DNA from: Octopus vulgaris
Taxonomy: Eukaryota
Assembly (NCBI GenBank): GCA_951406725.2
Contig: OX597831.1
Coordinates: forward strand, 13,454,001 to 13,518,000
Reading direction: 5' to 3'
DNA: 64,000 nt
Part shown: positions 1 to 11,647 of the stretch, piece by piece
How positions within the stretch are numbered: position 1 is the stretch's first letter
How the letters are laid out: every line of letters starts with the position of its first letter
Made by a program: the position numbers and the translations under genes
Notes under the pieces: generated by a model
What the model was told of the DNA's origin: nothing
Databases searched by the model: none
The model's input: only the letters and a program-made list of their open reading frames with translations

Positions 1-224
1 CCCTAAAACCATGACAGTTGCAGGAAATTTTGTATACATCACAATTGGAACTAAGGTAGATCCAGCGACAATTGTGTAATTACTGTGGATGACGTCAGGT
101 CGCTATAAGCATGAACGTGCTTTATCGGTGTACTACAAGGAACATGCCCAATACGTTTAATATCAACTGTTATATATGTATTTATATGTATATATATATA
201 TATATATATACATATAGATGTGCG

Positions 225-614
225 TATAGATGTCTGTGCGTATTATAATATTTATATAAATAACGATGAGTGAATATATATGTATATATATATATGTATA
301 TATATTTGTGTGTATATATATATATATATATATCTATACAATATGTTACATTACTCGGTAGTCAAGATAAAACTCTGAGTTTCAGATGCCGAAGTGGAAA
401 TCCACAACACCATCTCATCGGTTATCTGGCTATTATCGGTTATCTGAAAATAGCCAGATAACCGATGAGATGGTGTTGTGGATTTCCACTTCGGCATCTG
501 AAACTCAGAGTTTTATCTTGACTACCGAGTAATGTAACATATTGTATAGATAAATTTCCTCTATTTACATAATATTGAGGTCTCTTTCTTTCTTTTGTTA
601 TCTTATCGTTTTAT

Positions 615-663
<49 letters not shown>

Positions 664-743
664 AATATATATACATATATATATACATATATATTCACTC
701 ATCGTTATTTATATAAATATTATAATACGCACAGACATCTATA
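225..743. repeat. Long fold-back (inverted duplication): inner arms 331-434/449-552 are PLE terminal-repeat sequence; outer arms ~225-330/~635-743 are TA-rich flank
   Basis: 449-552 is the reverse complement of 331-434. tatagatgtctgtgcgtattataat...gtgaatat (from 225) is mirrored by atattcac...cgcacagacatctata (to 743). Confidence 0.9.
456..508 (+). ncRNA. Type I hammerhead ribozyme-like motif with variant core; mirrored on - strand at ~375-427
   Basis: AGATAA-CCGATGA-GATG..(GTGGA TT TCCAC)..CATC-T-GAAA-CTC A GAG-TT-TTATCT. Helix I is AGATAA/TTATCT, helix III CTC/GAG, cleavage triplet GUU. Confidence 0.65.
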
Positions 744-1602
744 TTAATATAGTTATATATACGTTTCTTTTATAACGAGCACCTGCTCATTCAAATATGA
801 ATGGAAATCACCGCATGTATAACACACTTGACGTGACAGCCATGTATTGTCAGGAACCGGTGTTCACTTTCTCATTAATAAATTCCATTTTGCTGCCTTG
901 GAAATAATCGAAAAGTTTGTTCCTTATCGACACCATCCAACAAAACATCTGCGTGTGTGTGCCTGCGCATCTTTAGTTCGTATTAATTTACTACAAACAC
1001 AGGGAAATCAAATAAAATTCTATACTGCAATAATCGGAATATGTACATTTAACATTTATACGTTCCGGATCACTGAAACATGACAGTATTTACTTCAAGG
1101 ATTCTGTGCAGGACAAACGTCGGGCAAAGTCAGGGGAGAATCAGGCACCGGATTTCAGGTTACTTTCGCAGTGTTCGGAGCTTGGTGTGCTAACCACACG
1201 AAGCTACATAGGGGGTAAATTGTTTTCCGAGACGAACTCCGGGTAGGAATGCCATTCACATGAGAGTGTGCAAAATTTGTATGCACCATTATTTTGAACC
1301 TCGTCACCCAGTTTGTTTGTACTGAATATATATAAATTTCCAGTTGGTATAATACCATATACGAGGACATTATATCGATAGATATATGGGCTTCAGCTAA
1401 ATTATGTAATCGATATTGAAGAATATAGCAGTATTAATGGATCTGTAGTACACGATGGCATTGATCTGTTCAATCCGTGCGAGTTCCGTTTTTGATTTAA
1501 CAAGAAAGACAAGCATATGGATGAATAGGTTTACATTCATTTGAATAATTTCAAACGCACAACAAATTTGTGCACACGTCGTACGATGTGTTAATCTATC
1601 CG

Positions 1603-1603
<1 letters not shown>

Positions 1604-1698
<95 letters not shown>
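1604..1698. repeat. (TATC)n microsatellite
   Basis: Direct reading. Confidence 0.95.
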
Positions 1699-1699
<1 letters not shown>

Positions 1700-2678
1700 A
1701 GATGTGTGTCTGCGTGTACGTGAGTTTATATTCGTTTCTGTCAACCATCAACACTTGACAACTGGCGTTGGCTTGTTTATTTCCCCTAATCTAGCAGTTC
1801 GGCAAAAGAAACCGAGGGAATAAATACCAGGTTTACAAAACACGTACGGGCCTAGCTTTGTTCTACTTAACTTTCCACGCGATTAATTAACATGGCAGCA
1901 ATCCAATGATTGAAGCATGTATAAGAGATTAAAACTAAAGGATCACCTGTTAGAATCAATGGTGAGCGCCTTTCCTAGTTCCCATCAACCCTGCCTGTAG
2001 TCTCTCTCTCTCTCTTGCTCGATGATATATAATAAGAAAGCGTGGGCTTTTGTTCATATTCGGTTTCGAAACTTCCGGTTTGGAATTTTATAATCTGAAC
2101 ATATCATAAGGAATGGTTATCCGTTATAAAAATTACTGACAGTCTCTCCTGTTATTAAGTAGTCCTTATTACTCTGTGCCACTGCTGTTGCCTCGTCACC
2201 TATTGCTAAAACTGCGAAGTGAAATTTATTCAAAACTACGAAATTTATCTAAACTGGATATCCTCTAACCAAAGTGCCTGCTAGACCGGCGTTTTGGTTT
2301 TGGTTTTGCTTTCAAGTTCGATCACTTTTCCTATGACACCATAAGAACTCTGGTTCGTGGTGACCGACCTCCTATGAAGATCAGTGAGTTCGGTTGACGA
2401 TGAGATGAGCCGTATTATCTCTCCAACTCGAAGAGATATAAAGATTAGGAGTAAATCTGTTTCTTTAATACATTCACAACTTAATGAAATGCAGTCACCT
2501 TCGGTCTCTAAGTGCACCTGTTATGCATATACATAGATACAAACACACATACACGTAAACATACATACATACGTACACACACATACATACGTATATACGT
2601 ACATACGTACATACGTACATACATACTTACATATGTACATACATAATACATGCATATATACATACATACATACATACA

Positions 2679-2870
2679 TCGGGTTCAGTCTCACTGCGTG
2701 ACACCTTTAGCAAGTGTCTTCTACTACAGCCGCCGGCCATGCTGGGGTAACACCTTCAGAGGTGTCTCCCAAATCAACTCCCATGCATTTGGGAGACACC
2801 TCTGAACGTGTTACTGCAATATGGCCGCAGCAAAATGACTGAAACAAGTAAATGCTAAAAGATAAAAGAT
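2679..2870 (+). mobile_element. Rearranged CORE-type SINE (family B) with internal hairpin
   Basis: cgggttcagtctcactgcgtg...gcaagtgtcttc head and atggccgcag..aatgactgaaacaag tail match the fuller copies at 25468 and 30691. Confidence 0.65.
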
Positions 2871-3014
2871 AAAAATAGAATATATATATATGTATATATG
2901 TATATGTGTATGTATGTATTTGTATATATATATATGCATATATATACGTTTATGTATGTATGTTTATTTATATATATATATATATGTATGCATATATATA
3001 TATATATATTTTTT

Positions 3015-3230
3015 TTTTAATCCAAACGGGAAAACAAAAAAACAACAACAATGGAACAATTACAGTATTATTATTAATAGGCGCTCAGGAAATGGAAGCA
3101 GGAAGGTATGACGTTTCGAGCGGAGCTCTTCGTCGGAAACATAAAGAAGGAAGAGAGAGGAAAGAAAGATCCCAAGCGGGCAACAGGACATAGGGAAAAA
3201 AACGACTGGTGTTTACGAGTTACACATGGT
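3015..3230 (-). mobile_element. Penelope-like terminal-repeat (pLTR) fragment between (TA)n tracts; same family as 39810-40015
   Basis: Shares ttaatccaaac, gctc(a/g)ggaaa and gtttcgagcggagctcttcgtcggaaacata with the 39.8-kb copy; contains a hammerhead motif. Confidence 0.6.
3106..3140 (-). ncRNA. Minimal type I hammerhead motif
   Basis: Minus strand: GTTT-CCGACGA-A-GAGC TCC GCTC-GAAA-CG-TC-ATAC. Self-complementary ACGT helix III, GUC triplet. Confidence 0.65.
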
Positions 3231-4841
3231 GTATATACATATATATATATATATATGTATATATATGTATAAATATATGTATATACATGCATATATATAG
3301 TTATGAATGTATACGTATATATTTATGGTATATATCGGTGCTTCTTAAATTATGAGTCGCGATTCCAAATGGGGTCGCCAAAAGAAATACTAGGGCCGTG
3401 AAAATAAAATTCGAACACTTGAATCTCGGTTTATGTTATTTCACAAACGCACAAATCCTAAATCTACTTTTATTTTGACATTTAATATAACTACTTTTTT
3501 ATACGTATATTTTTCAGCAAAAACATAAACGATTTACGTATTTATTTGTATGTTTTATTACATACAAATGTCGCGAAAGTCTCGTGAAGAAAAAGTTTAA
3601 GAAGCGCTGGTATATATCTGTAAAATATATATTCGTGTGTGTGTATTTGGATGTATACAACTGTGTGCGAGTGTTTGTGTGTGTATGTGTGTGCGTGAGT
3701 GTGTGTGTATGTGTGTTTGTGCCTGTAATGCTCATACCAAAAGGTTAATAGGAAATATACATAAATTTATTAGAGTCCGTGAGAATATGTTTAGACTCTT
3801 CTAAGTATCGGTTTCGATCAATTATTAATGTTTAATAAATGTCACATACAGTTCTGTCGGCCTGTGCGCCTGTCTCTTCAAACTATGGCTATTTCATTCA
3901 ATCATCTGACACCATTTGCCCTCGAAGCACCTTTCACTTCATCTCATCGGAACATCAGTCGCTTTCATCAACATTCCTTTATATTCCATGAGATTTCAGG
4001 ATGTGAACTTCACTTGATCGATTCAGTGACAAGCGCCTTTGGACAACGTCTTTCAAAGAGTTTAATTGATCTAACCATGATCAAAAGAGAATCTAACTAA
4101 ACAGTATGATTTCCATCAATCTATTTTATGAAATATACGAGTATATTTGAATTTAGTTAATGTTTTGTCATAAGAGTGCACATTTTTACTGTGCTGTTCA
4201 AAGTACAAGCCGCTTACAGGTTCGAAAAATTCTGATTCAGTATTTCGTCCTGTCTTTAAGATAATGAGTTCGAATCTCATTCAGAGCAGATTTACAATTT
4301 ATCTTTCCACGGTGGATAAAATAAAGTACCAGTCAAGTACTGCGTTTGGTGGCTTGAACTATTCTCTTTTCGAAATTACTGCTCTTGTCCACGTATTGTA
4401 GAAACTATTAATTTATGTAACACTGCAAGCAGTTAAAAATTGTTCTACAAGCTGTTGTTTGATCCCAAATCCTTTCTGATCGACTAAGCAAAATTTCAAA
4501 ACCACGACCAGTCCCTCAGTTTATTTATCTAAAATTTGTTTCATGAACGTTTATGTTCTTCTTTTCTTAAAAAAATATGCAGAGAATGACATATATTGGG
4601 GTTAGGTGTTTGTGTTAAGGTTAGCGGGAAATATGGAACATATGAGAGTCGTGATGACTTGCATATATATTCTAAACGTGTTTCTGCAGATTCGATCGCA
4701 AATATGTTTTGCTAATCTCTGTTGCGTTGGGCTCAGGGGAGCAGTTTCGCTTTTGCAGATCAGCAAAGATCAGCGAATGGTTCGTTCGCTGAAATTATAA
4801 GCACAAACATCGGCTCTTGACAGTTTTCGTCCTCTGGGTAT

Positions 4842-4887
4842 TTCTGGCTGATGAGACAAAACATGTAGAAACACTGGTGTCCAAGAA
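4842..4887 (+). ncRNA. Minimal type I hammerhead motif with canonical CUGAUGA core
   Basis: TTCTGG-CTGATGA-G-ACA AAACA TGT-A-GAAA-CAC TG GTG-TC-CAAGAA. Helix I has one mismatch; predicted cut after 4881. Confidence 0.7.
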
Positions 4888-5089
4888 TCACTTACACTAA
4901 GGAATAGAGTCCGTTAGAACTACGTGGTTGTCGTAAAGGAGAATCTGTTCACCTGTGACGAACACAACATCGATTAGCAGATTTGCATTCGAATCTGATA
5001 GAATGTATCAAGGACAAACATGCATGCCATGGCTGTTCAGCGCCCAAATAAATTGTTATAAAGAAGCTAAAGTGTTATATATATAAATA

Positions 5090-5484
<395 letters not shown>

Positions 5485-5790
5485 TGACTGGATGTAAAAG
5501 TAGATATGTAATAGGCAGATATTAATAAAATTTTTCTTGCCATATTCTTGAGGAATATGTTAAGTTTACAAAAGAAAAAAATGGATAGATTAAGCATGCT
5601 GTAAATGTTATAAAAAAGTTTGCAACTGTAGTTGGTCTGGAGTCTTATGATAGAGAGTAAAATGTGTTTAGTCGTTTCTGGATAATAAAATATCCCATAA
5701 AACGAGGAAATATATGAGACATATTTATAGCCACATACACGCACAGACACACACATATATGTATGTATGTATATATATATCTGTATACAT

Positions 5791-5841
<51 letters not shown>

Positions 5842-6029
5842 TATATACACATATGTATCTATATATATATATATATATGCATATATATGTATGTTTCACT
5901 CAAATAAAAAATTTATATTGAAAATGCTTAGAGAACTTTATTATGGAAAACAGAGAAGCAATATGTACATTTTTCACTAGTCCGCTACCGATCAGTGAAG
6001 CGGTACAAACATTATAACTCCTCGCAATA

Positions 6030-6790
6030 AAAATAACTTCCCTTGCGTCTCTGGAAATCTAATCTTGGAAGTAAAATGCGCAAAACGAAGGGAGAATTAC
6101 ATTGAAGAAACAAAAGACGCTTTACATCAACGAAAAACTCAGCTTGCATCTACAAAGTAAAATACGAGTATAGAAGCAAATAGGACTCATTGTATCTAAA
6201 GACACTTGTGCACTTCAGCATCAACCAAACTTTTTTCTCAGTATAAAGAAATACAACTCGATGCGAACATATGAACAATGAAATGTCCCTCATTACCAAA
6301 TGCCAGATTCGTTTCAATACCTGTGTCGAAGAAAAGTAAACAGCAACGAACACAAGCAACCCTGCATCACGTACTGGAGTCACTATTACGACCACTGTTT
6401 GGACACACAGCTATCAGCCAATACCACTGCTGTTAGGTAAATGAAATACTGCTGAAGGCCGCAAGCATCCTAAAAGTTACTACTACTACAGCTGTTTCTT
6501 CTACCAACCTTCTTGTTACCACTTTTCTTAACCAGACATCGCCACCATGTAGCCACAATCAGATCGAAACCTAAGGCAGAACCATATGATCTTTGTAAAG
6601 AAAATATGTGAATTTCCAGATCTAATATTTTGAAAACTTTATTTACATCAATTTCATTCATTCTTTCTTTCTCTGTTATTCTAGTATGAAGAGGACATCA
6701 TAACACGGCCGAAACCTGTAGCTACTTAATTATAAATGTAAATATTGTCTATCTGTTTCCGATGGTAAATTTCTGTATACATTTACTTTT
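6030..6790 (+). mobile_element. Decayed Penelope-like element 3' end: GIY-YIG remnant plus pLTR with a degenerate hammerhead at 6682-6724
   Basis: Manual translation NNFPCVSGNLILEVKCAKRRENYIEETKDALHQR resembles PLE GIY-YIG (F.C.S.NLIY...C..C...YIGET...L..R). Downstream: TAGT-aTGAAGA-GG..CC-GAAAC-CTG-TA-GCTA. Confidence 0.55.
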
Positions 6791-6817
6791 TATATTTTGT
6801 CACTCTAAGTATGTATG

Positions 6818-6865
<48 letters not shown>

Positions 6866-6966
6866 TGTATGTATGTATGAATGATAAAAACAAATATGTA
6901 CATATATTCATATTCATATATCTGTTAGCATATATAGTCTTAGAAACACACGCGCACAGACACACA

Positions 6967-7065
<99 letters not shown>

Positions 7066-7636
7066 GATAAACATGTCGTATGCAAAGACAGATTTAGAGA
7101 GAAATAGTGTGTGTGAGTGAGGTGTAGAGACGGGGTGGAAATATGGCCGTCCAAATTTATTATACTCTATCAAGTTGCATGAAAGATCAAATGGTATTCC
7201 TTCCTACTCGATCAATGAAACTGTCAAATGTGTTTGTATAAATACATTTAATTTCGTCAATATCTTTTACTCTGGAACTTGAATATTCATTCCTTCACAA
7301 AACATGGAAATGGATGTATCGTCTGCTGCATCCGCTTTTATATGCAAACTATAATGGATTCCGAGACCCTCACCATCAATATGTTTTTATCGCGGACTAA
7401 TTTACATTGACATATGATCTGAATGGCAATTTAGAATATATAGTGTACGATCGATCATTTTATCGTTGCGTTTGTGTGTCTAAAGTTGAATAATAACAAA
7501 GAATTGAAAACATGGTTTCACCATTTTTTTTTCACATTCTATTTTATGTTACTTCATCACCATCATCATCATCAGCAGCAGCAGTAGCAGCAGCATCGTC
7601 GTCGTCGTCGTCGTTGTTGTTGTATTCTTTTCCCCC

Positions 7637-7702
<66 letters not shown>

Positions 7703-8275
7703 TAACTGCATAACATCATTCAAAACATCCTAATAAATATTTAATGAATATCTTATCTTGTATGGTAGACGAACTATAAAAGATTTGATTTCATTCCAGA
7801 ATAAGATATCTGCTACCATTACGCAGAAGTAATATCATTGGCGCATTGCCACTCTGAAGATCCATTGAACATTACAGTTTATCACAATTTTATTATGCAG
7901 ATTACTGGATGAAGATTGGCCCTTAATCGTACAGTTTCTAATTTAGGTTATGTAGAGATGCAAGATTCAAACCAATTAATTATTCATATTGGTACGCTTT
8001 AATGACTATATACACAGGCCTTTTTTTTTTACCTTTGATGAAACAAATAAATGAGCTAATTTTACAACAGATAAGTCACTTAAACGAGGACACGACAAAT
8101 CAGCGATATGTTATACATTGGTAATTTCTCATGTGACAATCTGAAATGTGTTTAGTCAAATCTAGTCTTATTTAGACTATCTGTACCAGTATTATCCTCG
8201 GCCCAAGATTCAGGGGCCCTCTATCAACGTCTCTATACCTGTTCCAATCCTCTGACATTACTGACACAACATTAA

Positions 8276-8438
8276 GGCGGCGAGCTAACAGAAACGTTAG
8301 CACGCCGGGCGAAATGCTTAGCGGCATTTCGTCTGTCTTTACGTTCTGAGTTCAAATTCTGCCGAGGTCGACTTTGCCTTTCATTCTTTCGAGGTCGATA
8401 AATTAAGTACCTGTTGCGCACCGGGGTCGATCTAATCG
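8276..8438 (+). mobile_element. tRNA-derived SINE family A (GCCTTTCATCCTTTCGGGGTCGATAAATTAAGTACC-type central domain)
   Basis: ggcggcgagct head, B-box-like gagttcaaattc and conserved central motif; more than 15 related copies in the window. Confidence 0.8.
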
Positions 8439-8580
8439 TTATAATACCTATTTAGCCAAGACTACATAGCTCAGTAGAATGAACTTTGTGGATGATATAT
8501 AAATGTTTGTATGCCTTCCAAATGTTTAGTAGATCGAGATAAAGTCTCCTTCAAAAATGGCATTGAAACGAATAGGTGTA

Positions 8581-8746
8581 TACACACATACATACATACA
8601 TACATACATACATACATACATACATACATACATACATACATACATACATACATACATGCATACATACATACATACATACTTACATACATACATAAATACA
8701 TACATGCATACATACATATATACTTACATATATACATGCATACATA
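8581..8746. repeat. (CATA)n microsatellite
   Basis: Direct reading. Confidence 0.95.
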
Positions 8747-9012
8747 CCAGATTACAAGATCAGGTTAATACCTTTATTTATTGGAACACTAGTACATGTA
8801 GCACACTACCTAAATACCAATCCTGAGAAAATAGGCTTCTCAAAACCAGAACGGAGAAACCTGATTTGCAAACTACAGGACCAAGCCATCACTGGAAGTG
8901 TAAAAATTTGTAAAATATTTTAAGTATATACAGACTGTTCTGTTAATGAGATCAACTGGAAACATCATTGCTGTTACCTGGCGGAGTGACAATTATGTTT
9001 ACATACATACAT
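8747..9012 (+). mobile_element. 5'-truncated R4/Dong-type (RLE) non-LTR retrotransposon 3' end between (CATA)n tracts
   Basis: Translates PDYKIRLIPLFIGTLVHVAHYLNTNPEKIGFSKPERRNLICKLQDQAITGSVKICKIF*, resembling the IP.IIGALG...LQ....G end of RLE domains; ends in acatacatacat. Confidence 0.6.
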
Positions 9013-9018
9013 ATATCG

Positions 9019-9320
9019 GATAAAGGATAAAGACCCCCTTTAGTCATAAATGACCATGGGATTGCACCTAGAAAGTTCCCCTCTTTGGCACAAGTCTGGG
9101 CAAAGTTGTTTATGGAAGACCAGCAGTTGTCCACACATATCACCCGTCCCTCTCTATGCCACGAATGTTATCCAAGGGTGAGAAAAACGGCGATACATCT
9201 TGGCACCGGTGATGTCACAACTCATTTCTACAGCTGAGTGAACTGTTACAACGGGGAATACAGTGTCTTTCTCAAGAACACAACACACAGCCCGATCCGG
9301 GAATCGGACTCACTACCTCA
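9019..9320 (-). mobile_element. tRNA-derived CORE-like SINE (family D)
   Basis: Minus strand has B-box-like gagtccgattccc followed by gtgttcttgagaaagacac...cactcagctgtagaaatgagt; related fragments at ~43860-43940 and ~61685-61780. Confidence 0.6.
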
Positions 9321-10081
9321 CGATGTGTGTGTGTCTGTGTGTCTGTGTGTGTCTGCGTGTGTTGCTTTATTCTTGACTAGTCTACAGTTTTTAAATATAC
9401 TTTAACCCTTGCTATTCTCTCTAAGTAATGGGAGCAGAGTGGAAATTTGGAGAAGCTGGTAAGAAGGAAACAATGTCAGAAGAGAAACAGGAGGAGGAGC
9501 AAAATATAAATGGTGAAGAGGAAGGTAGAAGAAAAATGGTTTGGAATTGGTCTCAACTGAAATTAAATCTTAAATATATGGCTATGAGTATAACTTGGCG
9601 AATGATTAATGTCATCATAATGGATATGTCAATGAGTAACTGGTCTTTAGCAGTTTGTGTAGGGCTGCTACAGTTGTAATTTGAATTGATTATCTTGGAC
9701 ATTAATCAATCTTTCTACTATAGACACAAGGCCTGGAATATTGGAACAAGGAGTACTTGATTACATCGATTTCAGTGTACAACTGGTGCCTCTTTAATCG
9801 ACCGCAAAATGATGAAGAAAAGCAAAGTCGACTTCAAAGGTATTTTGAAATTAGAGCATAAAGAAGCGGAGGAAACCTGCAAAGTTTTTTTCTGCTTTCC
9901 TTTCATGAAAACAATTTCGAGCTGCCTGTGTTATGTTTGGCACTAAATATCAAGATAAGTTCGGGGCTGTAGTTATAAAAAAATATTATATTTTATTTCA
10001 TGAGCAACTAATTTAATAGAAGGGAGATGTGATAGCAACGAAAAGTCATTACGCTTCTCAGTGGGTAATTATAATTTATGT

Positions 10082-10447
10082 GGAAGCGCAATGGCCAACT
10101 GGTTAGGGCAGCGGACTTGCGGTCATAGGATCGCGGTTTCGATTCCCAGACAAGGCGTTGTGAGTTTTTTATTGAGCGAAAACACTTAAAGCTCCACGAG
10201 CTTCGGCAGGAGATGGCGGCGAACCCTGCTGTTCTCCTTCACCACAACTTTCTCTCACTCTTTCTTCCTGTTTCTGTTGTACCTGTATTTCAAATGGCCA
10301 TCCTTGTCACATTGAATCCCCTGAGCACTACATTAAAGGCACACATGTCTGTGGAGTACTCAGCCACTCAGACATTAATTTCAGGAGCAGGCTGTTCCGT
10401 TGATCGGATCAACTGGAACTCTCGTCGTCGTAACCGACGGAGTGCCA
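10082..10447 (+). mobile_element. tRNA-derived SINE family C
   Basis: A-box tggccaactgg, anticodon-like arm ggacttgcggtc, B-box ggtttcgattccc; head matches the minus-strand copy at 41428-41676. Confidence 0.8.
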
Positions 10448-11414
10448 CGTAATGATTATCTTTTATAATGCGTGAAGGCAATTATAGAATCTTCAGGGAT
10501 ATTTAAAAACGGGACAGAATTCTTTAGGAAGATGGTTAATTAACTGTCTTCGTACCTCATTTATCATATAACTATAATTACAGAACTCATTAGTTGCATA
10601 TTTCGTTCTTAATAACTTATTAAAATCGTATTCTAGTTTCCCTATAACCATTCACTACATTAACTTTATAATTGATACCATCGATGATTTTCTCCAACCT
10701 ACAATTGTTGCAATCAATTGATGTTACCACAAACCATTTCAACCTTCGAAATCCATCATGCCAATTTGAAATAATGGCTTTCGTCCATTAATCACCGCAA
10801 TACATATATCGCTACACCCATGGACAAAGATACCAAAACCATTAACTACCATAGTCGTCATTTCCATTCCAGTTTTCTCCTTATGCCTTATATCGTACTA
10901 CTCTACTTTTCTCCTTCATTTCTGCCTTCTGTCTTTCTAACCATTTTCGTTTTCAGTTCTGTCACTTAATTCCCATCATTAGCTTTGAGAAAATCAAAAG
11001 ACAAGAAACAGATTTATCAAACTGAAACAGTTAAGAACAAATATATCTAATCTTTTTTCCTGAAACACTGACCATTCTAACTATGAACAAACAATATATA
11101 TAAGTATATATACACACACTCGTGCGAACGCACACACACGCACACACATATATACATATATATGCAGATATTTAATACATTATTTTCTATGATATATATA
11201 TATATAAGAGATAACGGTGGCATTGAGACCCAAAGGTGTCAGATAATGCTGAATAAGTGCTATAGACAGACCATAGTAAAGTTCCAGATTCGGTGATATT
11301 GCGAATAATGGGTTCAACGTTGGTCATATGTCAGCGTGTGTATATAAGAATTTTTTGCGTAATAAGATAAAAAAAACAAGGTTGTGTATATATTAGAGCA
11401 TTTATAGATAGAAG

Positions 11415-11466
11415 GTCTTACAGCTGTTTCTAGGATATTAATTAATAATATCCTTTCATCGGAGAC
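11415..11466 (-). ncRNA. Type I hammerhead motif (variant core) in a pLTR-like segment ~11205-11555
   Basis: Minus strand: GTCT-CCGATGA-A-AGGATATTA TTAAT TAATATCCT-A-GAAA-CAGCTG-TA-AGAC. 9-bp helix II, palindromic helix III, GUA triplet. Confidence 0.75.
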
Positions 11467-11609
11467 GGTATGAGAAGATGGTTAAGTCATGGTTAGTTTA
11501 GATGTGATACAAACTGGAGAGTGAGGTGGAGGAAAGAAAAAAAAATGTAAGATATGTTAGTTAGTTAGTTAGTTAGTTAGTTAATTTGGCTCAAAAGCAA
11601 ATAGCAAGG

Positions 11610-11627
11610 CCATGTAGGGGGACATGG
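11610..11627 (-). other. LINE 3'UTR stem-loop (putative RT recognition element)
   Basis: CCATGT-CCCCCT-ACATGG, a perfect 6-bp stem between the ORF2 stop and the TAAC tail. Confidence 0.65.
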
Positions 11628-11647
11628 AGTTAAGTACAGGGTGGTGT

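Noticed and set aside
10082-10155. tRNA-like cloverleaf
   Set aside because: It is a SINE head: acceptor stem incomplete and followed by a SINE body repeated at 41428-41676
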